Positions 1-12,116 of a stretch of DNA of 64,000 bases are shown here, piece after piece. How positions within the stretch are numbered: the stretch's first letter is position 1; each line of letters starts with the position of its first letter. The translations under genes and the position numbers were made by a program. This DNA comes from Bdellovibrionales bacterium. Lineage in GTDB: Bacteria > Bdellovibrionota > Bdellovibrionia > Bdellovibrionales > UBA1609. The notes under the pieces were generated by a model. The model had not been told where the DNA came from and ran no database searches. It was given only the letters and a program-made list of their open reading frames with translations. The DNA lies in NCBI GenBank assembly GCA_965261545.1, contig CBDHDF010000010.1, positions 288,001 to 352,000 on the forward strand, written 5' to 3'.

Positions 1-2
1 TT

Positions 3-629
3 ATGAGACCCATTGGCAGATGGGTGTTGCAAAAAGCCATCAAAGACTTAGAAGAAATCAACAGGACTGTGCACTTTAAACCCTTTATGGCTATCAATAT
101 TTCAGGTGGGCAAATCAATGACTCCCAGTTCTTTAAAACTCTTGAAGGTGGAATTGATAAGGCGGGCTGTGACCCCAGCCAAGTCAAACTCGAAATTACA
201 GAAAAAGTTTTTGTTGAAAAAAGGGCTGCAATGAGATGGATTCGACGCTGCCAGCAAATGGGTGTGACAGTGGCTCTTGATGACTTTGGTACAGAGTATT
301 CGAGCCTAGGAGCACTGACACAATTGAGAGTGGATAATCTTAAAATTGATAGATTCTTTGTGAGTCGTCTTCTTATGGACAGGGCAAGCACAGTGGTTGT
401 TCAGGGGCTCATAAGTATTGCAAGGGGATTAAATATTCCCGTGGTGGCTGAAGGGGTTGAAACTAGAAAGCAGGAACAAGGGCTCAGCGAGATGGGTTGT
501 TCTTATGGTCAGGGCTATTTTTATTCCAAACCTCTTTCTTTAGAACTGGCTCTCGATCTTTGCCAGCAGAATTCAACGGCCATCCAACACTCTTCCCTTC
601 AAAGAACCACAGAAGCCCTACGATATTGA
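3..629 (+). CDS. EAL-domain c-di-GMP phosphodiesterase, probably 5'-truncated by the window edge
   Basis: Motifs AINISG, LEITE, ALDDFGT, LKIDR, VAEGVET, GQGYFYSKP; the N-terminal EAL motif is absent, so it probably lies upstream of the window. Confidence 0.9.
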   Translation: MRPIGRWVLQKAIKDLEEINRTVHFKPFMAINISGGQINDSQFFKTLEGGIDKAGCDPSQVKLEITEKVFVEKRAAMRWIRRCQQMGVTVALDDFGTEYSSLGALTQLRVDNLKIDRFFVSRLLMDRASTVVVQGLISIARGLNIPVVAEGVETRKQEQGLSEMGCSYGQGYFYSKPLSLELALDLCQQNSTAIQHSSLQRTTEALRY

Positions 630-707
630 CCTGAATCCATTCCGTTTCCTTAAACTAAGCGTGTTCAGAAGCATATTTTGCGATGAGTTATTGTCATCCC
701 AATACTT

Positions 708-3700
708 CTATTGGGCTTGTTGAGTGGGCTTGCTGGAGGGGTCCTTGTCGTACAGGGGGAGGCTTGCCACATGCAGTGTTTGGGTGGGAAAGGCGAATTC
801 AACATCTACCCTCTTGGCAAGCTTCATGATTTCTAAAAAGATACTCTGTCTTTCTGTAAGCTCCATGCCCCAATTGGGAACTTCTAAAAAAGCGTAGAGA
901 AGAATATTGAGGCTGGAGTCTCCGTATTCATTAAAGACAACATGGTAGATGTCCTTTCTTGTATGAGGATGCTCTTGGATGATATCCTTAATACCTTGAA
1001 TAAAGGTTTGCATTTGCTCCGGAGTGGTATCGTAGGTGAGACCTATGTGTGTTCTGATACGTCGATAGCGTCGTTGCCCCATATTATCAATATTTTTATT
1101 GGCAAGTAGAGAGTTGGGGATGCTGATGATGGAGTTATAAAAGGTTCGTATTCTTGTCGAGCGAAAACCAATCTCTTCCACCGTTCCCTCAGCATCACTG
1201 GTCACAACCCAATCCCCAATTTTGAAGGGTTGATCCATAAAAATCATGATGGAACCAAAGAGGTTGGCTGCAGTATCCTTGGCGGCGAGGGCAAAGGCAA
1301 GACCCCCAATGCCAAGTCCCGCTAAGATAGACATCACATTGAAGCCTAGGTTTTGTATGGCCATAAGGCCACCGATGAGGGCGACAAAAAATCGCATGGA
1401 TTTAGCAATGAGAGGTACTAAGTGGTCGTCTAGCTCCGACTCTGTTTTTTTAGCAAAGCGTTTAAAAAGTTCAGTAAAAATATCTGTGAGACGATAGGCC
1501 GCCCAAACCAAACTGATACTAAATGTGAATTGAATCATTATAAGTAGAAATGAGCGAAGAAGTCCGTCCAGGTTAAGATGATAAATGCAAAGAAACCATA
1601 CAGCTGTGGCCCCTAAAAGTCCTAGGGGTTTTTCTAAGGAGAGGATGAGTTTGTAACGAATAGAGTCTTCACGACGAAGAATCCACTTTTTAAAGATAAG
1701 AAAAAGAAACTCAGCGAAAGACTTTACAATAAAGCCAAGAAGAAGGGAGACAAAAAGACCCAACCACTTCCAGTTTTCAAGTCCAAGGCTTTTTTGGGTG
1801 GACCAAGAGGGGAGTTTGTCTTTCCAACCTTGGGTGAAGAGTGCCCCTTGAGTGGTTCCTTTAAGGTAGGGTAGATGTTTGATCTTATTATAAAACTCTT
1901 TGGCTCGTAGGGTGGTGTCCGTCGTAAAGAGATATTGGTGGGCATGGGGACCTTTTTCGATTTTTGCAATGGTGATTTCAGTGTCTTTGAGTCGCCACTT
2001 GGGTAACTCGGTGTTGTCGGGAATAAGGCTCAAATTGATGATGATAACACGGTCGAGAACTTCTTTGAGTAAAATAGCAGCTTGCTTTCCCTCTTGGGTT
2101 CGCGCCAAGGTGGGTAGAGAAGAGAGATCAAAGCAGCGAGTGGCATCGTTGATTCGCTGTATGAGTTGATCGTTATTTGTTTCAATACCATTCTTATAAT
2201 CATTCATGGCCTCCATATAGGACTTCATGGTATCTCGTGGGTGATCCAGGCGCACAGGTTTTAGTGGGGAGGAGGCCGATGTCGTGGTGGACATGGTGAT
2301 TGATATGAGAATTATCATAATGAGACCCGTAAGGCCCGCAACAAATGACTTGAGGGCGGGGACCATCATAATGAGGCCAGCAATGAATGACTTGAGAACG
2401 GGAATCCCTGCTTGTGCCATAATTTTTATAGCATTGGTTGTGGGGCAGGGGCCTGGATGTATCTTATAGTTAAATATCAATTGGTCCTTTTCAGCTTCGT
2501 CGCGAAAATGCCAGTTTTCCATTCTAGGTATATTTTTTTCCATTTTTGACAACTCAAGATCATGGCTACTAATAAACCCTAGGGCTTTTGGAAAACGAAC
2601 AATTTCCTGAATGACTGTTTGACTTCCCATAAGTCTTTCTTGATTATTTGTTCCATTGAAAATCTCATCAATAAAATATAGAAAGGGCTTCTGAGCTTGG
2701 GCGACTTTGAGTATATGTGAAATACGCTTCACTTCATAATAAAATTTTGAATACCCATCTTGTAGAGAATCACTGACTTTGAGGCATGAAAACATAGGAC
2801 AGCAAAAGCTCTTAAAACTCTTGGCGTAAACAGGTGCTCCTATCATTGCGAGAGTATGGTTGATGCCAATGGTACGCAAGAAGGTCGATTTGCCTGCCAT
2901 ATTTGAGCCTGTGAGAAGAACGAGTTGAGCGGTGAGAGAAAAATTATTTCTGACCACTTGATTTTTTGGGATCAAGGGGTGGTAAATGCCTTTAAAGGTA
3001 AGTTCGATTTTATCGGGGGCATGATTTTTAGAGCTATCGAGTTCATTAGAGGGAGCGAAGGTGTTCAAGGTATCAGAGGTGTTCAAGGTGTCAGAGGTGT
3101 TGAATACACGAGAGGCACCGGAAGCACCCGAAACATCGGGAAGGCAAGAGGTTTGAAAGTGAGACATAAAGCTAAGACTCATGAGGGCTTCGAACTCTCC
3201 TAGCTCTTCTAGGATAAATGGAAGCTCTTTAGACGCAGAGACTCTCCATCTTTCTACAAAGAAGGTGATAAGGTATTCCCATGGTAAAAAGAGGTTGACG
3301 GCGATATGTGCAATGGGATGGGCTTGAACACTGAGCAAAGAGATGAAAAATTGCAACTTCTTATACTTCTTTGAGAACTGGCATTGGTGTAGATTTTTAA
3401 AATGGCTTAAAAATGTTTTCTTATCTTTGAATTTGATTTCAATATGCTGAAGCAGAGGTTTGAGGGCTTGAGTTTTTTGCGCTAAATCTTGTGCATGGGT
3501 AAATCCTTCGTGGGCTTTTGGACGAAAGCCTACGATGAAGAATAAATAAAGTACTATGGGGAGCGCTGGAGGGAGTGGTAAAGTTCCAGCAAGTCCGAGG
3601 GCAACACTTACCCACATAGTGATAAGAAGAAATGACTGAACTTTGAAGTGTTTGAAAAATTCAGGGCTTACAAGGGAGCGGTCAAGGTCAAGTTTTGTGA

Positions 3701-4280
3701 TGGAAAGTTGGCTACGCTTTTCCTCTCCGAGGATTTTGAGGTAGAGAAATCGCCAAAGAAAGGGGCGCCACTGAGTCCATTTATCTTGACGAAGATGAAT
3801 AGCTTCGAGTTGGGGATCATGGAGGCTTTCAAACCACCGCAAAAGGGTAGACTCTCCATAGGGCGTAAAGCTTTCATTGACGAACTCAAAGAGGGATTTT
3901 TTTCCAAAGAGATGAAAATCTTGGGATAATATTTCTAGCTCTCCTTTTAGGAAAGGTTTTGCAGGGTTTTCATTGACAAAAAGCCCCATGGCTTTGGCTT
4001 CCTGCCTTTTAAAGAAGTCATAGAGGAAGTGAAGGTGTTGAATAAATTTCTTTAGATTTCTGTGGGCCAATATCAAGTAGAAAAAATAGATCAAATCTAT
4101 AAACCAAAGGAAAATAAAGGGGAAGGGGGAACTAACAAGGGGAATGACAATCAAGAGACCGAGTCCGAGGAGGCCACTAATTAAGCGTAGCGTCATATTT
4201 TTCTGAAGCAATTGTTGGTACTTTGCTTTTTGTTTTGTCAGTTTGTTTTGCCAATATTGCAAGCGGTTTATATGTATCAT
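708..4280 (-). CDS. Fusion of a membrane-anchored MutS-related ATPase (domain V) and an MscS-family mechanosensitive channel
   Basis: N-half: TM segments, Walker A GSNMAGKS, YFIDEIFNGTN, SHDLEL. C-half: LAGLGIGGLAFALAAKDT, PFKIGDWV, GTVEEIGFRSTRIRT, FAFPT. Single 1190-aa ORF. Confidence 0.85.
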   Translation of the reverse strand: MIHINRLQYWQNKLTKQKAKYQQLLQKNMTLRLISGLLGLGLLIVIPLVSSPFPFIFLWFIDLIYFFYLILAHRNLKKFIQHLHFLYDFFKRQEAKAMGLFVNENPAKPFLKGELEILSQDFHLFGKKSLFEFVNESFTPYGESTLLRWFESLHDPQLEAIHLRQDKWTQWRPFLWRFLYLKILGEEKRSQLSITKLDLDRSLVSPEFFKHFKVQSFLLITMWVSVALGLAGTLPLPPALPIVLYLFFIVGFRPKAHEGFTHAQDLAQKTQALKPLLQHIEIKFKDKKTFLSHFKNLHQCQFSKKYKKLQFFISLLSVQAHPIAHIAVNLFLPWEYLITFFVERWRVSASKELPFILEELGEFEALMSLSFMSHFQTSCLPDVSGASGASRVFNTSDTLNTSDTLNTFAPSNELDSSKNHAPDKIELTFKGIYHPLIPKNQVVRNNFSLTAQLVLLTGSNMAGKSTFLRTIGINHTLAMIGAPVYAKSFKSFCCPMFSCLKVSDSLQDGYSKFYYEVKRISHILKVAQAQKPFLYFIDEIFNGTNNQERLMGSQTVIQEIVRFPKALGFISSHDLELSKMEKNIPRMENWHFRDEAEKDQLIFNYKIHPGPCPTTNAIKIMAQAGIPVLKSFIAGLIMMVPALKSFVAGLTGLIMIILISITMSTTTSASSPLKPVRLDHPRDTMKSYMEAMNDYKNGIETNNDQLIQRINDATRCFDLSSLPTLARTQEGKQAAILLKEVLDRVIIINLSLIPDNTELPKWRLKDTEITIAKIEKGPHAHQYLFTTDTTLRAKEFYNKIKHLPYLKGTTQGALFTQGWKDKLPSWSTQKSLGLENWKWLGLFVSLLLGFIVKSFAEFLFLIFKKWILRREDSIRYKLILSLEKPLGLLGATAVWFLCIYHLNLDGLLRSFLLIMIQFTFSISLVWAAYRLTDIFTELFKRFAKKTESELDDHLVPLIAKSMRFFVALIGGLMAIQNLGFNVMSILAGLGIGGLAFALAAKDTAANLFGSIMIFMDQPFKIGDWVVTSDAEGTVEEIGFRSTRIRTFYNSIISIPNSLLANKNIDNMGQRRYRRIRTHIGLTYDTTPEQMQTFIQGIKDIIQEHPHTRKDIYHVVFNEYGDSSLNILLYAFLEVPNWGMELTERQSIFLEIMKLAKRVDVEFAFPTQTLHVASLPLYDKDPSSKPTQQAQ

Positions 4281-4375
4281 CTTTTTTAAGATCCTTGTTC
4301 TTCAAGATCCTTGGGATTCTTTGAGGCACTGTTTTTTTGCTCTAAGGGAGCGAGAGCCTAGTGACACGGTTTCTA

Positions 4376-4413
4376 TTTATCGGTTTGATGGGTTTTTATC
4401 GGTTTGATGGGTT
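4376..4413. repeat. Perfect 19-bp tandem duplication (tttatcggtttgatgggtt x2) in a divergent intergenic region
   Basis: Read directly. Confidence 0.9.
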
Positions 4414-4556
4414 AAAACATTGAGACACGAAGTGACCTCGACTTTCTGTGGCTTCTGTGTGCTGTATTGTATGCTTATGCCTACTTGTTACGCAACTTTG
4501 TAAGAAAGGGGACTAAGGACTGGCCTTGCTGTCTGTTGTGTGGCAAAACAAGAGTC

Positions 4557-5462
4557 ATGAAAGCTTTGGTGATTGAAAATTTAGAGAAGAACTATGGCCC
4601 GATTCGAGCTGTGGATAACGTGAGTTTTCATATTGATACGGGAGAAATATTTGGCTTACTTGGACCCAATGGAGCGGGAAAGACTTCTATTATTTCCTGT
4701 ATCGTGACTGTCTCTCAGCCCAGTTCAGGGTCGGTAAAAATATTTGGTCATGAGATGCACCAAAACTCCAAAAAAGGTAAGGATTTGGTGGGGGTGGTTC
4801 CCCAGGAGCTTATTAACCATGGTTACTTTAATGTGGAGGAAATTCTTCACTTCTACTCAGGCTATTATGGGATTCTTAGGAACAAAGAGCAGATTCATTT
4901 CTTACTGGACCGCCTTCAATTGCAACAGCATCGTCACAAGAGGGTGAAGCAGTTGAGCGGGGGAATGAAGCGCCGCCTTCTTATTGCCAAATCCCTCCTT
5001 CACAAACCGAAGCTTCTTTTGTTGGACGAGCCCACAGCAGGTGTAGATATTGAGTTGAGAGAGGTTTTGTGGAAATTTGCCAAGGAGTTGAAAGAAGAGG
5101 GACTTTCTATTTTACTGACCACTCACTACTTGGAAGAGGCGGAAGAGTTATGTGACCGTGTTGGTATTTTAAATAAGGGTCGTTTGCACCTTATTGGAGA
5201 AACAAGCCGACTGATTCGAAGCCTGACTTATAGAAATGTGTCTCTAACTCTTAATAAAACAGAGACAAGCCCTCTGCTGACAGAGCACTCTCATCTATTG
5301 AAAAAATCTGAAAACTGTTTCATTTTTCGGATTCCCTCAGAGCAAACTCTAGGTCAGCTACTGACAGAAATTGGTGTTAACTCCAGTGATATTTTGGATC
5401 TAAATATTGAGGAAGGAAGCCTTGAAGATGCCTTTCGTATTGTTTTGGACACTTCAAAATGA
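4557..5462 (+). CDS. ABC-2 type transporter ATP-binding protein (YadG-like)
   Basis: GPNGAGKT, LSGGMKRR, LLLDEPT, TTHY; start moved to ATG 4557 (MKALVIENL). Confidence 0.9.
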   Translation: MKALVIENLEKNYGPIRAVDNVSFHIDTGEIFGLLGPNGAGKTSIISCIVTVSQPSSGSVKIFGHEMHQNSKKGKDLVGVVPQELINHGYFNVEEILHFYSGYYGILRNKEQIHFLLDRLQLQQHRHKRVKQLSGGMKRRLLIAKSLLHKPKLLLLDEPTAGVDIELREVLWKFAKELKEEGLSILLTTHYLEEAEELCDRVGILNKGRLHLIGETSRLIRSLTYRNVSLTLNKTETSPLLTEHSHLLKKSENCFIFRIPSEQTLGQLLTEIGVNSSDILDLNIEEGSLEDAFRIVLDTSK

Positions 5463-5508
5463 AATCAGATATAAAAAATTAGCAACAAAGTCAGGAATAA
5501 GATTAGAT

Positions 5509-6306
5509 ATGAAATCAGAAATAAAATCAGATTTAAGATGGACTCCATTTATTATGCTATGCTATCGAGAAATTCGACGCTTTATGAAAGTTCTCATACA
5601 GACTGTCTTAACTCCCATTATGAATTCTAGTCTTTATTTTCTCATTTTTGGATTGAGTTTGAATATCACAATCCCAGGGGTTTCATCCTACCTTGCTTTT
5701 CTCATTCCTGGCCTTGTGATGATGGGATGTTTAAATAACTCTTTTCAAAATGCTTCAAGCTCTGTGGTTAGTTCCAAGTTCAGTGGAGAGTTGGAGGATT
5801 ACAAGGCGGCTCCTTTAAGTCATCAGCAATTTATATGGGCTTTGGCTTTTGGAGGTGTTGTAAGGGGCTTCTTGGTGGCAATCATCATCTTTGCAGTGGG
5901 ACAAGGGTTTTACTATATTCATTACTCCCATTTCTTTTTTATCGCCCATCCTCTGATCTTATTTTTCTTTCTCTTGGTGGGAGGACTTTCTTTTGCAAAG
6001 CTGGGATTATCTGTGGCTATTTGGTCCAAAACCTTTGACCAAATGAGTGCCGTGGGAAATTTTATTATCACTCCACTTATTTACCTTGGAGGAGTGTTCT
6101 TTTCTATTGATAGGTTACCAGAGTTTTGGCAGCAAGTTTCAAAATTTAATCCTTTATTTTACCTTATCAATGGAGTGAGGTATGGAGTCTTAGATCAAAG
6201 TGATGTTTCTATGACATCCGCAATTTTGATTGCTACTTTCTCTCTCGCTTGTTTCCATATACTTGCGTTATATAGCCTTAAAAAAGGTAGCTTTGTAAGG
6301 TGGTGA
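5509..6306 (+). CDS. ABC-2 type transporter permease (YadH-like)
   Basis: REIRRF..QT, YLAFLIPGL, YLGGVFFSI, NPLFYLINGVRYG; follows the ATPase; start estimated. Confidence 0.88.
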   Translation: MKSEIKSDLRWTPFIMLCYREIRRFMKVLIQTVLTPIMNSSLYFLIFGLSLNITIPGVSSYLAFLIPGLVMMGCLNNSFQNASSSVVSSKFSGELEDYKAAPLSHQQFIWALAFGGVVRGFLVAIIIFAVGQGFYYIHYSHFFFIAHPLILFFFLLVGGLSFAKLGLSVAIWSKTFDQMSAVGNFIITPLIYLGGVFFSIDRLPEFWQQVSKFNPLFYLINGVRYGVLDQSDVSMTSAILIATFSLACFHILALYSLKKGSFVRW

Positions 6307-6432
6307 TGCATTGGTGTGGCGAGTGGTGGTGTGATGTGTCGAGTGGATATTTGCAATCACCCAACTTTTTCATGGGGGCGCTTGGTTCTTGATCAGCGGG
6401 GGTTTGGGGGTGAAATTCCTTCGTTCTACTCG

Positions 6433-7476
6433 CTATCGCCTATCGGGGTGAATTTCAGCAAAGCTTATGTGAGTTCCCAGGGGTGGGTTTAATGGATTTA
6501 AGCTTATGGGTGAATCATTAGGATTAAGATACCCTAGCCCCCTCCACCTTTGCATAAATCCGAATAAGACTCCCACGCCCCCTCCGGCCACTTGACCTCC
6601 TAAGTGAGCCACATAGGCCACCCTTCCAAACTCCTCCATGGATCCGAGAAAGCCCGCTAAATCAGAAGCCCCCCACATGAAAAGAAGCACCCAGCCAGGT
6701 AAATAAATATAACCTAGATATTCTATCTTGGGCACAAAGAGAAAGTAGAAAAATCGTACAGATTGCTTCCAGCACCTCACAGAGTACAGTGCCATCAATC
6801 CACTGACAGAACCACTCGCTCCCACCAGTGGAACCATGGATTCTCCCCCAGCACTCCACAAAAAAAACAAAGCTGCCAAAAAACCCGACAACAAATAGAC
6901 CACTAAAACCCATAATCCACCCACTGCCAACTCCAAAAGAGTTCCAAATAAAAGAAGAAAAGCCATATTTCCCAAAAAGTGGAGAAAGCCACTATGGCTA
7001 AATTGATAGGAGAGCCAGGGTACCCAACCATCATCTATAGAACTTAAACCCATCGTGGAGAAAGGGCCACCCTCCCTCAAGCTTAAGAATGTGGAAAATT
7101 GCTGCTTCCACTCAGAAATAGCCACTTGGTCGCCCTGATAATCGTAAGCCCTTCCTTCCCTCACAAAGTTTGGGTCATTGAGAGCAAACCTTGACATCAC
7201 CCTCGTTTTTCGACCTTGGGAAACAAGCACAGCTAATTTCTTTCTATCGTCTGAGTACTGATTCTTCTCCCCATGCATTTTAACATACTCAGCATAAACG
7301 TGACCTTGGGTCTGTACATATTGTTCACTCAAAAAAATAGCACGAATATCCTGTTTCGTTTGAGTTCCCACTGCATGAGTCAACAAAAAAACCATATAAT
7401 TAAGAGCCACCAAAGCCCATGTCACAGGGGCTGCAAATCTCTTAAAAATTTCATTAGGCCAAGGCACCAACATCAC
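6433..7476 (-). CDS. Rhomboid family intramembrane serine protease
   Basis: HSGFLHFLGNM, GASG catalytic Ser motif, AHLGG catalytic His. Confidence 0.9.
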   Translation of the reverse strand: MMLVPWPNEIFKRFAAPVTWALVALNYMVFLLTHAVGTQTKQDIRAIFLSEQYVQTQGHVYAEYVKMHGEKNQYSDDRKKLAVLVSQGRKTRVMSRFALNDPNFVREGRAYDYQGDQVAISEWKQQFSTFLSLREGGPFSTMGLSSIDDGWVPWLSYQFSHSGFLHFLGNMAFLLLFGTLLELAVGGLWVLVVYLLSGFLAALFFLWSAGGESMVPLVGASGSVSGLMALYSVRCWKQSVRFFYFLFVPKIEYLGYIYLPGWVLLFMWGASDLAGFLGSMEEFGRVAYVAHLGGQVAGGGVGVLFGFMQRWRGLGYLNPNDSPISLNPLNPPLGTHISFAEIHPDRR

Positions 7477-8816
7477 GGACTCTCTAATTTATTATTCTTA
7501 TTATCCTTGGTATGAGATTCATTCCCCCTTAAATTCATCCATTGAAGTCTTGCCATTTGCATACTTAAAAAATTATCCAAAGGAATCACATGAATGATAG
7601 ACTTAAATATTTTCATAGACTTTTCGTATTCACCATGACGATAAAAGTAACGTCCACCCCATATCTTGACATAAATTCTTGAAACCACTTGAAGATCTTT
7701 AAATAAAGAGTCCATATCGCCACTGACTCTCCTGTGGTGTTTATTTATATGGTGTCTATTTATACCATGGATGCCACTCCCCATGATACGGGTCATAAGG
7801 CAGCTTTCCGACTGAGGATCATCATGGCATACCATTCTGAAATACTTATCTGACAACCTCCTATCATCTGCATAAATAAAAGCACTCGCTAGATCCATCA
7901 TACCTCTGCCACTTCCTGGATGGCCTGACACCTTATAGACTTTATCCACCTCTTTCTTTAAACAAGATTCATCGACCTCTCCTGCGGCATAAAGAGCCAT
8001 AGCCAAACTTAAGCGAGAATGCTTTTCTTCGGGCCAGTGGGATATCTCTCTATTAACAGTTGCACAAAGCCTATCCTCTTCATCAAAGAAATAAGCCAAA
8101 CTATTTCCTTTATTGGGGCCAAAAGTAAATAAATAAAACTGCAATGAAGCAATAAAGACAAGCAAAATCAAAATAGCAGAAAAAGTTGAACGAATAAAAA
8201 TCTTTTCAATAACTGATGGTCTCGGACAGACCTTTCCATTAAGACTCAAAACCACTGTATCTGATACTCTATCATGAAAACATCGTCTTCTATCGTTACT
8301 CATCATTGATAGAAAAGGAATACCTAACAGAAAACAAGAGGCAATCCAGTATGTGGATCTAAGTGCACACTGGCCTAATTTCCTCTTTTGAGGCTCCCAA
8401 ATATCCACCACCCTGAGAGACATAAATAACTGCCCAAGAGTTCCCCCATAGTGCCAAGTCAAATAGGTCTTATACACAAAGCCAAGCAAAACTATAATGC
8501 CTACACAAAGAGTTGACGACCAAACCAAGTGGTAGGGGTTTTCAAATAAAATAGCCTTCTGAATGATCTTTTTAAAAGGGGCCACCAACACCATCAAAAA
8601 AGGTCCAAGAACCATCAAAACATCGATAATATTGGAGGCAAGGCGATCCAAGGGACTGGCAGCCACAAAATGAGAGTGAAGGGGAGTACTCCTACCAAAA
8701 GCATTATTGGAACCATCATGAGGACCATTATGAGTGAAATAATCATACTTAGAAGAAGCATTCTGGCAAGCATCAGAAGTGGAGCCAGACAAAGGGTTAT
8801 CATCGTGAGTGATCAT
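7473..8816 (-). CDS. RDD family membrane protein with Cys-containing C-terminal domain
   Basis: RLASNIID, GTLGQLFMSLRVV, RRCFHDRVSDTVV; stop overlaps the rhomboid start by 4 bp. Confidence 0.8.
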   Translation of the reverse strand: MITHDDNPLSGSTSDACQNASSKYDYFTHNGPHDGSNNAFGRSTPLHSHFVAASPLDRLASNIIDVLMVLGPFLMVLVAPFKKIIQKAILFENPYHLVWSSTLCVGIIVLLGFVYKTYLTWHYGGTLGQLFMSLRVVDIWEPQKRKLGQCALRSTYWIASCFLLGIPFLSMMSNDRRRCFHDRVSDTVVLSLNGKVCPRPSVIEKIFIRSTFSAILILLVFIASLQFYLFTFGPNKGNSLAYFFDEEDRLCATVNREISHWPEEKHSRLSLAMALYAAGEVDESCLKKEVDKVYKVSGHPGSGRGMMDLASAFIYADDRRLSDKYFRMVCHDDPQSESCLMTRIMGSGIHGINRHHINKHHRRVSGDMDSLFKDLQVVSRIYVKIWGGRYFYRHGEYEKSMKIFKSIIHVIPLDNFLSMQMARLQWMNLRGNESHTKDNKNNKLESP

Positions 8817-8983
8817 AACCTCTCATCGGTCAAATAAAGATTTAGTTTCAATCAGAGCACATGGCTAAATCAAAACTTATGGGAAGTGAAGACCCATAAA
8901 AGATGGAGATTTACAAAAAGAGGAAGTTCATAAAAAGGGAAGGTCCATTAGAAATGGCGACCTCATTCACTCACCTACACCTG

Positions 8984-10537
8984 TTATATCTGTCGAGCAC
9001 GCTTTTCCACGTTAAGAGCAGCCTCACGCATGACCTCGCTAAAGGTAGGGTGGGCATGAAAGCTTCGAGCTAAGTCCTCGGCACTTCCACCAAACTCCAT
9101 AACCACAACAGCCTCAGCAATCATGTCCGAAGCCCTTGGACCTACAATATGCACTCCTAAAACTTGATCCGTCTCTTTATGAGCGAGAACCTTGACCTGC
9201 CCCTCTTGAAAGCCCATGGCCTGAGCCCGACCATTGGCTAAGAAAGGAAAAGAACCTGATTTATAGGGAGTGTTAGCCTTCTCTAGTTCCTCTTCAGTCT
9301 GACCAACAGATGCAATTTCAGGCCATGTATAAATCACGCTGGGCACAGTTCTATAATTGACATGCCCCTTCTGGCCAGCAATAATTTCTGCCGCAGCCAC
9401 ACCTTCTTCTTCGGCTTTATGGGCCAACATGGGGCCAGGAATAAGATCACCAATGGCGTAGATACTAGGGTATTTTGTACGGTAATAGGCATCGACAACT
9501 ACAAAGCCTTGCTCATCTTTTTCAATGCCCATTTCCTCAAGGCCCAGCCCCTCTGAAAAAGGGCTCCTTCCTGCCGCCACAAGCACTTGGTCCACCCTGA
9601 GGCTTACCTTCTTGTCACTCTTGTCATTTTTTTCATGCTTGTCATCCATAGGACTTTCATAGAAAACATTGGCCCCTTTACCGCTGGTCTTCACCTCTGT
9701 GACCTGAGAAGAAAGAAGAAACTTCATCCCCTGCTTCTCCAAAATATGTTGGGCCATTCGGCTTATCTCCCTATCCATAGCTCCACAAATTTTGTCAGAG
9801 AACTCAATGACTGTCACCTGGCTCCCCAATCGTAGCCACACAGAGCCCATTTCAAGCCCAATAGCTCCAGCTCCCACCACCAAAAGGTGCCTTGGAATTT
9901 TAGAGAGTTCTAGGGCTTCCGTGGAAGATATAACTCTCACTCCATCATAGTCTATAGAAGGCAACGTACGAGGGACGCTCCCTGTAGCCAAAATAATATT
10001 TTTTGCCTTGAGAATTTTTCTCTTAAAACCTCCACTCCTCTTGGCGGATTCAGTAGAGCTAGAAGAACTAGCGGAACCACTACCATCTTGGGAAGAGCCT
10101 TGAGAAATAACTGTCACCTCATGCTCACCTGTGACCCGAGCTTGGCCATGAAAAACCTGAATCTTATTTTTCTTCATAAGAAAGGTCACGCCCGAAGTCA
10201 GATTATCCACCACTTTATTTTTTCTCTTCATCATATCAGCAAGATTGAGTTGCAAACCTTTTATGTTTATCCCATGATTCACCAACTCATGCTGAGCTAG
10301 AACAAAGTACTCGCTGGAGTCTAAAAGAGCCTTAGAGGGAATGCAACCAATATTGAGGCATGTCCCCCCCAAGGTCTTTCCCTTGTCAACAATGGCTGTT
10401 TTAAAGCCAAGTTGAGCCGCTCGAATGGCGCCGACATAACCTCCAGGCCCCGAACCAATGACAATGACATCAAATTCTGAACTGGGCTCTGATTTCAATT
10501 CTGAACCTGACTCTGATTTTGAACCTAACTCTGACAA
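8984..10537 (-). CDS. lpdA: Dihydrolipoamide dehydrogenase (E3)
   Basis: GSGPGGY, GGTCLNIGCIPSK redox disulfide, GAGAIGLE, HAHPT; downstream of sucAB. Confidence 0.97.
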   Translation of the reverse strand: MSELGSKSESGSELKSEPSSEFDVIVIGSGPGGYVGAIRAAQLGFKTAIVDKGKTLGGTCLNIGCIPSKALLDSSEYFVLAQHELVNHGINIKGLQLNLADMMKRKNKVVDNLTSGVTFLMKKNKIQVFHGQARVTGEHEVTVISQGSSQDGSGSASSSSSTESAKRSGGFKRKILKAKNIILATGSVPRTLPSIDYDGVRVISSTEALELSKIPRHLLVVGAGAIGLEMGSVWLRLGSQVTVIEFSDKICGAMDREISRMAQHILEKQGMKFLLSSQVTEVKTSGKGANVFYESPMDDKHEKNDKSDKKVSLRVDQVLVAAGRSPFSEGLGLEEMGIEKDEQGFVVVDAYYRTKYPSIYAIGDLIPGPMLAHKAEEEGVAAAEIIAGQKGHVNYRTVPSVIYTWPEIASVGQTEEELEKANTPYKSGSFPFLANGRAQAMGFQEGQVKVLAHKETDQVLGVHIVGPRASDMIAEAVVVMEFGGSAEDLARSFHAHPTFSEVMREAALNVEKRARQI

Positions 10538-10568
10538 TGAAGCTCTCCTCTCTTATACATCTAACAAC

Positions 10569-12005
<1,437 letters not shown>

Positions 12006-12116
12006 AAGCTTCTCCTCTCAAGCGCTTCTTTCTCCTCTAGGTCCTCTCGGGTGAATAGGGGCCTCTCAAGTGAAATAAGACTTCAATGAATCAAATTACA
12101 ATGAACAAAACTTTAA

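Noticed and set aside
637..654. ccattccgtttccttaaa resembles the IS4-like end at 34335 (15/18)
   Set aside because: No partner end or transposase nearby; may be chance or an unprovable scar
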